Source: Candidatus Saccharimonadia bacterium (GTDB taxonomy: Bacteria; Patescibacteriota; Saccharimonadia; Saccharimonadales; 2-12-FULL-41-12). Taken from it: 64,000 bases of DNA. Positions 41,897 through 51,022 of this stretch are shown here, in pieces. The notes beneath the pieces are model-generated. The model did no database searches and was not told the origin of the DNA. It saw only the letters and a program-made list of their open reading frames with translations. Each line of letters opens with the position of its first letter. Position 1 is the stretch's first letter. The DNA is taken from contig OY970327.1 in the NCBI GenBank assembly GCA_963717365.1, forward strand, positions 799,752-863,751. Reading direction: 5' to 3'. A program made the translations under genes and the position numbers.

Positions 41897-41940
41897 CGAA
41901 GTACAGAGCTGTAGTAGCAATCCTCTAAGAGTTGTAGTGT

Positions 41941-44187
41941 CTACCGTACTGGTTCGTCGTCGTCTGGCATATCGTCGTAGACATCGCCACCAATGCCGCT
42001 GTCAGCCGAAGAATCGACCGGGCTGCCAAAGACATCATCCATACTGCTAATCAGGACTTCTCGCGGGCGGGCGCCATCGGCGGGGCCCACGATGCCTTGC
42101 TCTTCCATGTTTTCGATTAGGCGGGCGGCACGGGCGTAACCGACGCGAAGGCGGCGCTGCAATAGGCTGGTACTGGCCTTGCGGCCCTCAATCACTACGC
42201 GGATGGCATCGCGCCACAGATCATCATCGGCTTCCCCGCCATGTCCCATATCAGTGACAATGCCGCCTTTGCCATTAAGTTGCACGGGCTGGCTAACAAC
42301 TTCGTCGTCGTACTGCGGTGGGCGCTGCTCTTTAATAAAGTCGACGATCTTAGCAGTTTCGACGTCAGATATAAACGCCGCTTGGATACGCTTTGGCTTA
42401 GGCATGTCACTAGTCAGCAGCAACATGTCACCGCGGCCGAGCAGTTTTTCGGCACCTACCTGATCAATGATCGTCCGCGAGTCAACCTGGCTCTGCGTAG
42501 TAAAGGCAATTCTGCCCGGCACATTGGCTTTTATTAGTCCGGTTATAACGTCTACAGAGGGACGCTGGGTGGCGAGCACCAGATGAATACCGGCAGCACG
42601 GGCTTTCTGGGCGAGACGCACAATCAGCGCTTCAACGTCGCGGGCAGCCACCATCATCAGGTCAGCCAGCTCATCAATCACAATTACGATGTACGGCATA
42701 CCTTCTTCTTTTTTGAGTTCATTGTATTCGCCAATGTTGCGTTTGCTGACTTCGGCCATGGTGCGCAGGCGGCGCTCCATCTCGGCAACTGCCCATTTAA
42801 GGGCACTGATACATTTTTCAGGTTCGTTAATAACCGGTGTTAAAAGATGCGGTATATCGGCGTACGGTGCCAGCTCAACCTGTTTTGGGTCAACCAGAAT
42901 CAGCTTTAAATCTGACGGTGAGTTGCGGTACAGTAAGCTGGTTAAAATATCATTAATCATGACTGATTTACCGGAACCTGTCTGCCCGGCCACTAGTAGG
43001 TGAGGCATTTTAGCCAGGTCGCCGACGATCGGCAGGCCGGCAATGTCGCGGCCAATCGCAAAGCCAAGCGGGCCGGTAACGCTTTGCCATTCGCGAGATG
43101 ACAGTACGCCGCTCATCCGCACCATAGCTGGCTTCACGTTTGGCACTTCGATACCAACCAGGCGTTTGCCAGGAATTGGCGCCTCTATACGGATAGAATG
43201 GGCCGCTAAATCAAGTGCCAAGTTATTATCGAGTGCCGTAATTTTCGTTAATTTTACCCCTGTTGGCGGCTTCAATGTGTACTGTGTTACCCGCGGGCCC
43301 ACATTAGCGCCTTCCATTTCAACCTGAATATTGAAGTTAGTAAATGTCTCCCGGATTGTCCGAGCATTACCCTCAACATCGCCGGCGTCAGCTTTATCCT
43401 GTTTCTGGTCGAGCAGCTTTAGGCTTGGGAATTCCCAATTAGGATCGCTGGCAATTGTTAATGCTTCGTGATTTTCATTAGAGGTCATTTTATGAGCGGT
43501 GTTCTTTAAGCTGGAAAGGCGGAGGGGCTGCTTTTCTTCAACTACCGGCTGTTGGGGAGAATGAACGGTTGGTACGCCCTCGTTCAACTTAAACTGACTT
43601 TCGGATCGTTGCTTGAGACTTTCTAGGTCACTGTCTTTCTTCTTTTCCGGCCGTTGAAATGGTAACGCTAACATTTTTAAGGAAAGATTAAACGACGCAA
43701 AGAATGCAAGTGTCGCGATAGCCGCGAATAAGATGCTAGCCGGAACTTGATCGAGTGCGGCCAGGCTGGCATCCCCAATAAAGGCGCCAACTACCCCGCC
43801 GTTACCAAGATTCGCGGCAGTTAAACCAACAAGTTCGCTTGAAATAAATGCCGTATGCATCAGCGCTGCGCTGGCCAGGACAAATATCAGAACGCTCAGC
43901 AGTTTGCCGAGTGGGATCCGGCGTTCTTCATCTTTAAATTTCAGGATACCGAAGTACAACAGTGCCGGAGGGGCCAAATAGGCGGCGTAGCCAAGTGTCT
44001 CATATAAGCCACTAAACATACTGATGGGTAGCGGCCCACCCGCGCCAAAGCCACCGAGACCAAGGAACAAAGCCAGCAGCATCAAAAAGATGGCGCCTGC
44101 AAGGGGCCAAAAGGCTGACGGCTCTTTTCTTATCGGAGGAGCAGCGACTTTTTTTGATCTAGCTTTTGATTTTTTCTTTTTGGCCAT
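41941..44187 (-). CDS. ftsK: DNA translocase FtsK/SpoIIIE
   Basis: 748 aa. N-terminal 4-5 TM helices, linker, motor domain with Walker A VAGQTGSGKS and Walker B VIVIDELADL, gamma-domain-like C-terminus (LLQRRLRVGYARAARLIENMEEQGIVGP). Confidence 0.9.
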   Translation of the reverse strand: MAKKKKSKARSKKVAAPPIRKEPSAFWPLAGAIFLMLLALFLGLGGFGAGGPLPISMFSGLYETLGYAAYLAPPALLYFGILKFKDEERRIPLGKLLSVLIFVLASAALMHTAFISSELVGLTAANLGNGGVVGAFIGDASLAALDQVPASILFAAIATLAFFASFNLSLKMLALPFQRPEKKKDSDLESLKQRSESQFKLNEGVPTVHSPQQPVVEEKQPLRLSSLKNTAHKMTSNENHEALTIASDPNWEFPSLKLLDQKQDKADAGDVEGNARTIRETFTNFNIQVEMEGANVGPRVTQYTLKPPTGVKLTKITALDNNLALDLAAHSIRIEAPIPGKRLVGIEVPNVKPAMVRMSGVLSSREWQSVTGPLGFAIGRDIAGLPIVGDLAKMPHLLVAGQTGSGKSVMINDILTSLLYRNSPSDLKLILVDPKQVELAPYADIPHLLTPVINEPEKCISALKWAVAEMERRLRTMAEVSKRNIGEYNELKKEEGMPYIVIVIDELADLMMVAARDVEALIVRLAQKARAAGIHLVLATQRPSVDVITGLIKANVPGRIAFTTQSQVDSRTIIDQVGAEKLLGRGDMLLLTSDMPKPKRIQAAFISDVETAKIVDFIKEQRPPQYDDEVVSQPVQLNGKGGIVTDMGHGGEADDDLWRDAIRVVIEGRKASTSLLQRRLRVGYARAARLIENMEEQGIVGPADGARPREVLISSMDDVFGSPVDSSADSGIGGDVYDDMPDDDEPVR

Positions 44188-44216
44188 TGTTTGTTTTATT
44201 ATATCAGATTACTCTG

Positions 44217-44843
44217 TTATTGTCCTTCTTTATGAGCTGCGGCTAGTCTCTTTATATGGTAGTCGTCGCGCTGTTTCCATTCAGGAAGCTCCGCTATCTT
44301 AGCACCCAGCAACATTAAACCACCTACACGTCGCGTGTAGTCAGCTTGTAACTGCTCTAATACCTGATTAAATTCACCGTCGATTGGATATTCAGTCTCA
44401 CGTTCCAGTAGATCTCGGCCAAGTTTAAGTTGCAATACCTGGTAATTCTCAGGAGGGACACTGTCTGCGATCCATTCATGGCCTTCAAAGCCATTGTTAT
44501 ATACACTTTTCAGATAGTCTGTAACCCAAGGTTTTCTTACATCTAAACCGGTCGGATCAATCTGATACAAAACGCCGACTTTGGGCACCGATACATGCGG
44601 CACACCTTCCATATTCTCTCCATGACGCGGCTCAGCATATGCTGCCTTAACCATCCTCTTATTGTCGCTCATATATACGCCATACTCGTTGCCATCATTA
44701 ACCGTCACCCGACTATGCTCATCGAGTCTTGGCTTAGCTCCTGGTACAAGCGGACGAGTTAAAAATGCTTCATCAATAGCAGAGACCGGCACAACGATGC
44801 CGCGGTACAAATGTTCAGGAGGTAGATGCAATTTTTCTGACAT
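44217..44843 (-). CDS. Hypothetical cytoplasmic protein
   Basis: 208 aa. No TM helix or signal peptide. No family recognised. Preceded by a near-consensus promoter. Confidence 0.5.
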   Translation of the reverse strand: MSEKLHLPPEHLYRGIVVPVSAIDEAFLTRPLVPGAKPRLDEHSRVTVNDGNEYGVYMSDNKRMVKAAYAEPRHGENMEGVPHVSVPKVGVLYQIDPTGLDVRKPWVTDYLKSVYNNGFEGHEWIADSVPPENYQVLQLKLGRDLLERETEYPIDGEFNQVLEQLQADYTRRVGGLMLLGAKIAELPEWKQRDDYHIKRLAAAHKEGQ

Positions 44844-44869
44844 AGTTTTTATTTTTAATTAACTATTTA

Positions 44870-44898
44870 ATTGTAGCACAAATTACTACAAAAGTCAA
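44870..44898 (-). promoter_or_regulatory. Near-consensus sigma-70 promoter TTGACT-17-TACAAT
   Basis: Minus strand: TTGACT (44898-44893), 17-nt spacer, TACAAT (44875-44870). About 20-nt AT-rich leader to the ATG at 44843. Confidence 0.55.
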
Positions 44899-44924
44899 TA
44901 GGTATTGGGAGAAAAACGTAAGCG

Positions 44925-47099
44925 TTAGTCGGTTCTGGCATCTTGATTTAGTAGCTTGGCGCGCATCGTTGCAAAGCGCTGCTGCATTTCGCTGGCTTCT
45001 TGTTCCGGAGTCTTCTGTGTTTCAGGAGTCTGAGCAGGTTGGCCGCCGTTATTGGTACCGTTAGTTTGGTTATTTTGACCGCTGTTCTGCTGACCACCAT
45101 GGCCGCTCTGCGAGCCACCACCCTGACGGCCGCCAACTACGTTAACCACCGGAATAACAATTGGGCTGCGGCCGGTTTTCTCATACAAGAAGTGCGTAAC
45201 GTGCTCTTTGAGCTCAATCTTAAAGCGGTCGAGGTCGATGCGCTTGAAGCGCTGCGAAACGGCGCGTTTCAATTCGATACGGAACGTATTCATCAACTCT
45301 TCCTGACCTTTCATGTAGATAAAACCGCGGCTGATGATATCTGGGCTGGTCATCAGCTGGCCAGTCTTTTTATCAATGGTGAGTACGACAGCAACCAATC
45401 CTTCGTTGCTTAACATCAGGCGGTCTTTCACTACAACGTTGCTGACAATAGCACCAGTTTGGTCTACCAGGATAGTACCGTGCGGGACGTTGCCGATAAT
45501 CTCCATTTTGTCTTTGGTCAATGCTACGATATCGCCGTTGTCGGCGTTGAGCGTGTTGCCGCGTGGGATTCCCTCTTCAACTGCAATTTCAATGTGCTGA
45601 CGCTTAGAAGTGTAGTCGCCGTAAATTGGCAGGAAGAACTTGGGCTTAGTCATATTGATCATGTCTTTGTATTCATCAATGCTGGCGTGGCCAGAGACGT
45701 GCAGCGGACCACAACCGTCAATTTCGCGGGTTTCGTGGCGGAAGACGTGCACGCCTTTGCGGTACAGGTCATCAACCATAGAACGGACCTTAGCGTCGTT
45801 ACCGGAGTATGGAATTGGCGTACTGGAAAGAATCACCGTATCCTGTTCTTTCAGTTTTACATGGCGGTGCTCGCCGGTGCTCATACGCTGCAAGGCGGAG
45901 CTTGGTTCGCCCTGTGATCCGGTACAGACAATGACTAGCTCTTCGTCTTTCATGGTGTTAACGCTGGCAATCGGGGCAAATGTTCCTTTTGGAATTTTTA
46001 CGAAACCGTTGCGCACAGCCATTTCCAAGGTACTGACCATGCTGCGGCCGTCCATTACCACCTTGCGATTAGTCTGCACGGCGGCGTTAATGATCATCTG
46101 GACGCGGTTCATATTGGTTGAGAACAAACCAATAAAGATGCGGCCGGGTGCGTTTGACATAATGTCGACAAAACTCTGCTCAATCGTTGTCTCGGAAGGA
46201 GTGCGACCCAGACGTTCGGTGGTAGTACTTTCACTGAGTAAAGCCAGCACACCCTGATTACCAAGCTCAATTAACCGCTCGGTATTAGTACGCTCATGGT
46301 CTAAAGGATTAGGGTCAAGTCGAAAGTCACCAGTGTTAATAATACGTCCAACCGGTGTGTCTACCACAATACAGGTACTGCCGGGAATGGAGTGAGTGAC
46401 GCGGATAAGTTCTAGGAAGAACTCGCCGACTTTTAGGCGTTCGCCGGTATCTTCGTTCATAATGACGGTGCGCAGTTCAAAGCCTTCGGGCATTGGCAGA
46501 CCAAAATTGCCAAAGATTTCTTCAACTCGGCCGATAGTGAAACGGCTACCGTAAACCGGTGCTGGGAAAAGCGGTAGAATGTGTGGTAAGCCACCGATGT
46601 GGTCAAGGTGGCCATGCGTGATAACGTAGGCCTTCAGCTTATGCTTAATGGATTCTAGGTAAGTCATGTCGGCAATGCCATAGTTGATGCCGGGCAGGTC
46701 CACACCGAGGTCGCTGCCGCAGTCCATAATAATAGCGTCGTTCTGATATTCGACAACGATGGTATTTTTTGAACCACCGCCATCCATGCCGCCTAGACCG
46801 ATAATCTTAAGACGTGGCGTGTCATCAATAACATTGGCGCGGCCGCGCGGCTCATTACTGTTATTGCCTTCTGCATTCAAGTATTGGCTAGCGATACGAT
46901 GGGCGTCTTCGCTGGCTCGTTTTTGAGCTCGGATAGCAGCGCCGCGGCTAGCCCGGCTGGGACCGCCGGATGACTGGCCTTTGCCAGAATCACGATTAGC
47001 GCCAAGTCGGCGTCCGCTCGTTTTCTGCTCTCTTGAACCTGAATTACCATCGGGGTTAGGAGTGTTGTTAGTTGGTTTAGGTTTAGGGTTGTGTACCAT
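44925..47099 (-). CDS. rnj: Ribonuclease J with long low-complexity N- and C-terminal extensions
   Basis: 724 aa. Metallo-beta-lactamase motif ITHGHLDHIGG and a beta-CASP core. About 95-aa basic Gly/Ser/Arg-rich N-terminal tail and about 90-aa Gly/Gln/Asn-rich C-terminal tail. Confidence 0.9.
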   Translation of the reverse strand: MVHNPKPKPTNNTPNPDGNSGSREQKTSGRRLGANRDSGKGQSSGGPSRASRGAAIRAQKRASEDAHRIASQYLNAEGNNSNEPRGRANVIDDTPRLKIIGLGGMDGGGSKNTIVVEYQNDAIIMDCGSDLGVDLPGINYGIADMTYLESIKHKLKAYVITHGHLDHIGGLPHILPLFPAPVYGSRFTIGRVEEIFGNFGLPMPEGFELRTVIMNEDTGERLKVGEFFLELIRVTHSIPGSTCIVVDTPVGRIINTGDFRLDPNPLDHERTNTERLIELGNQGVLALLSESTTTERLGRTPSETTIEQSFVDIMSNAPGRIFIGLFSTNMNRVQMIINAAVQTNRKVVMDGRSMVSTLEMAVRNGFVKIPKGTFAPIASVNTMKDEELVIVCTGSQGEPSSALQRMSTGEHRHVKLKEQDTVILSSTPIPYSGNDAKVRSMVDDLYRKGVHVFRHETREIDGCGPLHVSGHASIDEYKDMINMTKPKFFLPIYGDYTSKRQHIEIAVEEGIPRGNTLNADNGDIVALTKDKMEIIGNVPHGTILVDQTGAIVSNVVVKDRLMLSNEGLVAVVLTIDKKTGQLMTSPDIISRGFIYMKGQEELMNTFRIELKRAVSQRFKRIDLDRFKIELKEHVTHFLYEKTGRSPIVIPVVNVVGGRQGGGSQSGHGGQQNSGQNNQTNGTNNGGQPAQTPETQKTPEQEASEMQQRFATMRAKLLNQDARTD

Positions 47100-47179
47100 A
47101 AATCCTCCTTTATTATTAGTTTGGGTTAAAATTTATTGTTCTTAAATAAGGTTTATCTTTGAAGACAGTATCTTTGCGG

Positions 47180-47227
47180 TACTATACCTGTGTTTCATTA
47201 AATTTTAATGAGACGCAGGTATAATAC
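47180..47227. repeat. Conserved palindromic intergenic element, copy C
   Basis: TACTATACCTGTGTTTCATTAAATTTTAATGAGACGCAGGTATAATAC. Perfect outer stem TATACCTG/CAGGTATA and perfect inner stem TCATTAA-ATT-TTAATGA. Lies 81 nt upstream of the rnj start and 23 nt downstream of the UDG stop. Confidence 0.85.
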
Positions 47228-47249
47228 TTTTCATACATTTGCCAGCACG

Positions 47250-47894
47250 TTAGGCTGATTCATCAATTCCTTCTTTGGTCAGCAGTTTTTGCACTGCCGG
47301 GATAGTTGCGAAATCTTCCATCAGGGTTGTCTTTAGCTGGCCGTTATACAGCGCAGCGGCTGGATGATACAACGGCATTATTACCAGCTTAGTCTCACCA
47401 AACGTGACTCGCTTTGGCTGACCGTGGATTTCACTAATCTTGGCGTTTGGCAGGAAGTACTCCATGCTATGCCGGCCAAGTGTCACAATAATCCGTGGCT
47501 TTATGATTTGCAGTTCGCGAACCAAAAACGGCCAAAAAGCTCGCTTTTCTTCCGGTTTTGGGTCGCGATTGCCGGGAGGACGGTACTTAACTATATTTGT
47601 AATGTAAATGTCCTCACGCTTCAGGTTGGCAGCGGCCAGCATTTCATCAAGAAACTTTCCGGCGGCACCGACAAACGGTATGCCCTGAAGATCCTCATTT
47701 TTACCGGGCGCTTCGCCGATAAAAACCACGTCGGCCGCCGTATTGCCATGCCCGGTTACTAACTGGGTGGCAGACTCGGCCAACTCCGGGCAGATATTCT
47801 GTTTCAGGATATCTGCTTTAAGCTGGTCAAGTAATGTCTGACTATCTGAAGGCACCTGTGTTCCTGTGTTTAGAAAGCAAGAGGTAAAAACCAA
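47250..47894 (-). CDS. Uracil-DNA glycosylase, family 4
   Basis: 214 aa. VVFIGEAPGKNEDLQGIPFVGAAGKFLDEML (GEAPG...PFvG.aG) and the HPAAALY motif. The N-terminus is uncertain because it overlaps the upstream small ORF by 53 nt as drawn. Confidence 0.85.
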   Translation of the reverse strand: MVFTSCFLNTGTQVPSDSQTLLDQLKADILKQNICPELAESATQLVTGHGNTAADVVFIGEAPGKNEDLQGIPFVGAAGKFLDEMLAAANLKREDIYITNIVKYRPPGNRDPKPEEKRAFWPFLVRELQIIKPRIIVTLGRHSMEYFLPNAKISEIHGQPKRVTFGETKLVIMPLYHPAAALYNGQLKTTLMEDFATIPAVQKLLTKEGIDESA

Positions 47895-48081
47895 GTTTGC
47901 CCACTTCTACTAAGCCCCATAAGCCAAGCAACGATAGCACAGCCGCTGCTGTCATCATTCCCAAGAACACGCTGGTTTCAATAGCAAGCTTAAACAGAGC
48001 ACTTAGCATCATAAAGCTGCCCACAAAAATAATCGTTATCTTATTTAGTACTTTTTGGTTCCGTAATTTTTGATACATCAT
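47842..48081 (-). CDS. Small two-TM membrane protein
   Basis: Start set at ATG 48081 (MMYQKLRNQKVLNKITIIFVGSFMMLSALF...), 13 nt after the previous stop. The track ORF extends to 48222 but that part overlaps the 48095-48319 gene. Confidence 0.4.
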   Translation of the reverse strand: MMYQKLRNQKVLNKITIIFVGSFMMLSALFKLAIETSVFLGMMTAAAVLSLLGLWGLVEVGKLGFYLLLSKHRNTGAFR

Positions 48082-48094
48082 AGTTATGATCTGC

Positions 48095-48319
48095 TTAGCG
48101 AGCAGGTGCTTTCTTATCTGAAGCTTTGGCTTTGCGCGGTTTAGCGGCATTAATGAAATTAGAAATAGAACCGATAAGAAAAACGGCCGTGAATACATAA
48201 GCAAACATGTTGGCAGTATCAATCGAAATTGAAGCCAGAATATAAGCTGCGACTAGTTCAATAACACCAAAGGCAAGGTAGCCTTGGCGGGTTTTATGAA
48301 ATGCATTTAATTTTTCCAT
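48095..48319 (-). CDS. Small two-TM membrane protein with basic tail
   Basis: 74 aa. Two hydrophobic helices, then AAKPRKAKASDKKAPAR. Starts 10 nt after the pnp stop. Confidence 0.5.
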   Translation of the reverse strand: MEKLNAFHKTRQGYLAFGVIELVAAYILASISIDTANMFAYVFTAVFLIGSISNFINAAKPRKAKASDKKAPAR

Positions 48320-48329
48320 ACTTATCTCC

Positions 48330-50462
48330 TTATTTTTGTTCGCGCGCGGCTGCTTTCATGCTGAGCTGCAAACGTCCGCGCTCGTCAATGCCTACCAGCT
48401 TAACAGTAACTTTATCGCCTTCCTTAACAACGTCGCTTGGCTTATCAATTCGCTCTTCGCTCATTTCTGAGACATGTACCAGGCCTTCTTTGCCAGGCAT
48501 AATTTCTACAAAAGCTCCAAAATCGAGGACGCTAACAACGCGGCAATTTTCATAAATTAAACCAACTTCCGGGTCGTCTGTAATTTGCTTAACCCACTTA
48601 ATAGCACCTTCGATACTGCGCTTATCCGGGCTAGCAATCATAACCGTGCCATCATCTTTAATATCGATCTCCGCGCCAGTTTCAGCAATAATTTTATTAA
48701 TCATCTCACCGCCCTTGCCAATCACTTCGCGGATCTTATCCGGATTAATCTTGATGGCAATCACTTGTGGCGCAAACGGGCTAATTTCAGACTTTGGCTC
48801 CTTAATAGTAGTCAGCATATGCTCGAGGATGTGCGCCCGACCATCTTTCCCCTGCATTAAGGCTTCTTTAAGTACATCAACTGGCAAACCGTGGACTTTC
48901 ATATCCATCTGTAAGGCGGTGATACCCTTGCTGGTACCAGTAACTTTAAAGTCCATATCACCGGCAAAATCTTCGGCGTCAGCGATATCGCTTAGAATGA
49001 TTGGGCGGATGCCGTCCATAAATAGACCCATGGCAATTCCACTAACTGGTGCGCTGAGCGGTACACCAGCGTCCATCAGCGCCAAGATAGCCGAACAAGT
49101 GGCAGCCATACTGGTGCTGCCATTCTGGCTCATAATCTCGGTGACAGAGCGGATAGTGTACGGAAAGTCAGTTTCAGACGGTAAAACCGGCTCCACGGCG
49201 CGTTCTGCCAGGTAGCCATGCCCGATTTCGCGGCGGCCAGGACTGCCTAGGCGCTTTACTTCTCCGACAGTGTAGCCAGGTGCATTGTAGTGGTGGAGAT
49301 AACGACGCTCTGCTTCGCGCTCCATGGTATCAACTAACTGCACATAGCTCAGTGGAGCTAGCGTAACGATATTCAGGGCTTGGGTCATTCCACGGGTGAA
49401 CAAGCTTGAACCGTGCGCCCGTGGCAGGAAGCCAATTTCGCTGGAAAGCTGTCGGATTTCGGTAGTTTTACGTCCGTCAGGCCGGATACCGTCTTCAACA
49501 ATATGCTTACGCACATCTTTATGAAGGGCGCCCGTAAAGGCTTCATCGTATTCGCGGCGAACTGCTTTAAATTCATCTTCGCCGAGCTCTTTAATAAAGT
49601 GGGTTTCCATTGCAGTACGGAGGTCATGAACCAGAACGTTCCGTTCCGGGTACGGTTTATGGAGTTGGCGACCAAGTTTGCCGTCTACCCAACCGTCCAC
49701 CTGTGACTGTACATCAGAATCTGGTAAAACCAGGCTGAATTCCTGTTTTTTAATGTCGAGTTTTTCTATCAGTTCTTTTTGCAGCTCAATTGCCGGCTGA
49801 ATCATTTCATACGCAAAACCGAGCGCATCGGCTACCTGTTCTTCGGTAGCTTCATTGGCACCGGCTTCTACCATCATGATGCCTGCTTCGGTACCGGCTA
49901 CCACCAGGTCAAGCGCACCGCTATCCAGGTCTTTGGGCTTCATAAAGGCTTGAAAGCCGCCATTCTCATCGATACCCAAGCGAATACCGGCAACTGGACC
50001 TTCAAACGGCGCTCCGGTCATCATAAAGGCCGTACTCATGGCGATCATGGCGATCATATCGGGGCGGAAATCGGGATCCATGCTGAGCACGGTAGCCACG
50101 CCCTGTACTTCGTGCCGATAACCCTTTGGCCAAAGTGGGCGGATTGGGCGGTCAATCAGGCGACCAATTAGAATCGCGTCGTCGCTGGGCCGCCCTTCTC
50201 TTTTAATAAAGCGGCTGCCGCTGATCTTACCGGCTGCATACATTTTTTCTTCGTAATCAATACTCAGGGGGAAATAATCGAAATTCTCAAGGGTTTTTGA
50301 ACCCACCATAGCGGTACCGAGCACCACTGTATCACCGTATTTAACCAGTACGCTGGCCGAACTACGGAAGCCAACGCGGCCGACTTCTAATGTAAGCGGT
50401 CGGCCACAGAAGTCTCTACTGACGCTGATAATATCTTTGCCAAACGGGTTAATCGTACTCAT
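48330..50462 (-). CDS. pnp: Polyribonucleotide nucleotidyltransferase (PNPase)
   Basis: 710 aa. Two RNase PH domains, a KH domain (IREVIGKGGEMINKI) and an S1 domain (VVSVLDFGAFVEIMPGKEGLVHVSE). Confidence 0.95.
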   Translation of the reverse strand: MSTINPFGKDIISVSRDFCGRPLTLEVGRVGFRSSASVLVKYGDTVVLGTAMVGSKTLENFDYFPLSIDYEEKMYAAGKISGSRFIKREGRPSDDAILIGRLIDRPIRPLWPKGYRHEVQGVATVLSMDPDFRPDMIAMIAMSTAFMMTGAPFEGPVAGIRLGIDENGGFQAFMKPKDLDSGALDLVVAGTEAGIMMVEAGANEATEEQVADALGFAYEMIQPAIELQKELIEKLDIKKQEFSLVLPDSDVQSQVDGWVDGKLGRQLHKPYPERNVLVHDLRTAMETHFIKELGEDEFKAVRREYDEAFTGALHKDVRKHIVEDGIRPDGRKTTEIRQLSSEIGFLPRAHGSSLFTRGMTQALNIVTLAPLSYVQLVDTMEREAERRYLHHYNAPGYTVGEVKRLGSPGRREIGHGYLAERAVEPVLPSETDFPYTIRSVTEIMSQNGSTSMAATCSAILALMDAGVPLSAPVSGIAMGLFMDGIRPIILSDIADAEDFAGDMDFKVTGTSKGITALQMDMKVHGLPVDVLKEALMQGKDGRAHILEHMLTTIKEPKSEISPFAPQVIAIKINPDKIREVIGKGGEMINKIIAETGAEIDIKDDGTVMIASPDKRSIEGAIKWVKQITDDPEVGLIYENCRVVSVLDFGAFVEIMPGKEGLVHVSEMSEERIDKPSDVVKEGDKVTVKLVGIDERGRLQLSMKAAAREQK

Positions 50463-50648
50463 TTAGGTGTCTGTTCCTTTCATCTCGATCGTCTCGATTC
50501 AGGTATCCGCAGAGGTTATGCGCTGCCGGTATATCTGTATATCGATACGACGAGTTAGTTACTATTATTTTAAGTATAGGACGTTTAGCGCACTTCTTGG
50601 AATATATCCTTGCATAGAATGGTGCCTAGAGTGTTAGCTTCTAGATTC

Positions 50649-50683
50649 CGGACACTCCCCTTGCTTTGTTATGGGAATGTCCG
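50649..50683 (-). promoter_or_regulatory. rpsO-pnp intergenic stem-loop (terminator/attenuator or processing-site candidate)
   Basis: CGGACACTCCC (50649-50659) pairs with GGGAATGTCCG (50673-50683) at 10 of 11 positions, 13-nt loop. Lies 12 nt downstream of the rpsO stop on the minus strand. No U-run follows. Confidence 0.4.
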
Positions 50684-50695
50684 CTGTCCAGCTGC

Positions 50696-50968
50696 TTACT
50701 TAGCGCGGCGAATGCCGAGCTTTTGGATGAGCTCTAAATACCGCTGCGTATCCCGTTCTGAGATGTATCGCAGCAGTTTCTTACGCTTGCCTACCATCTG
50801 CAGAAGGCCGCGGCGAGCCATATGGTCTTTTTTATTTATCTTAAGATGTTCGGTTAACTCTTTAATACGGGCAGTCAAAATACCTACCTGCACGGATGGG
50901 TTGCCGCTATCTTTGTCGTTCTTTGCTAAGTCGGCAATTATTGCCTGTTTTTTCTCGGTTGCTAACAT
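50696..50968 (-). CDS. rpsO: 30S ribosomal protein S15
   Basis: 90 aa. DSGNPSVQVGILTARIKELTEHLKINKKDHMARRGLLQMVGKRKKLLRYI. Confidence 0.95.
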   Translation of the reverse strand: MLATEKKQAIIADLAKNDKDSGNPSVQVGILTARIKELTEHLKINKKDHMARRGLLQMVGKRKKLLRYISERDTQRYLELIQKLGIRRAK

Positions 50969-51022
50969 ATGTTACCCATACTTTAGCACACTCTCCTCTG
51001 TTACGCAACTACAGTTAGTGGG

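Noticed and set aside
44217-44843. A possible ADP-ribosyltransferase-like R-S-E pattern (LYRG … YMSD … EGHEW) in the 208-aa orphan protein.
   Set aside because: The motifs are short and degenerate, with no STS and no clean ExE. Their spacing is only roughly compatible. This cannot be supported without profile or structure searches.
45640-46257. Long antisense ORFs opposite well-supported genes: 45640-46257 opposite rnj, 48646-49215 opposite pnp, 60704-61246 opposite guaB, 20765-21271 opposite pilM, 53736-54203 opposite the ABC-F gene, 63441-63926 opposite the DHH gene, and 9267-9572 opposite the LPXTG gene.
   Set aside because: All lie entirely inside genes whose products carry clear conserved motifs. 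Their own translations are low-complexity (Ser/Arg/Leu-rich) with no motifs. They are typical shadow ORFs.
47842-48222. The full 126-aa version of the small membrane ORF.
   Set aside because: Its first 47 codons overlap the better-supported 48095-48319 ORF in another frame. The internal ATG at 48081 gives a non-overlapping two-TM protein, so the shorter version was adopted at low confidence.
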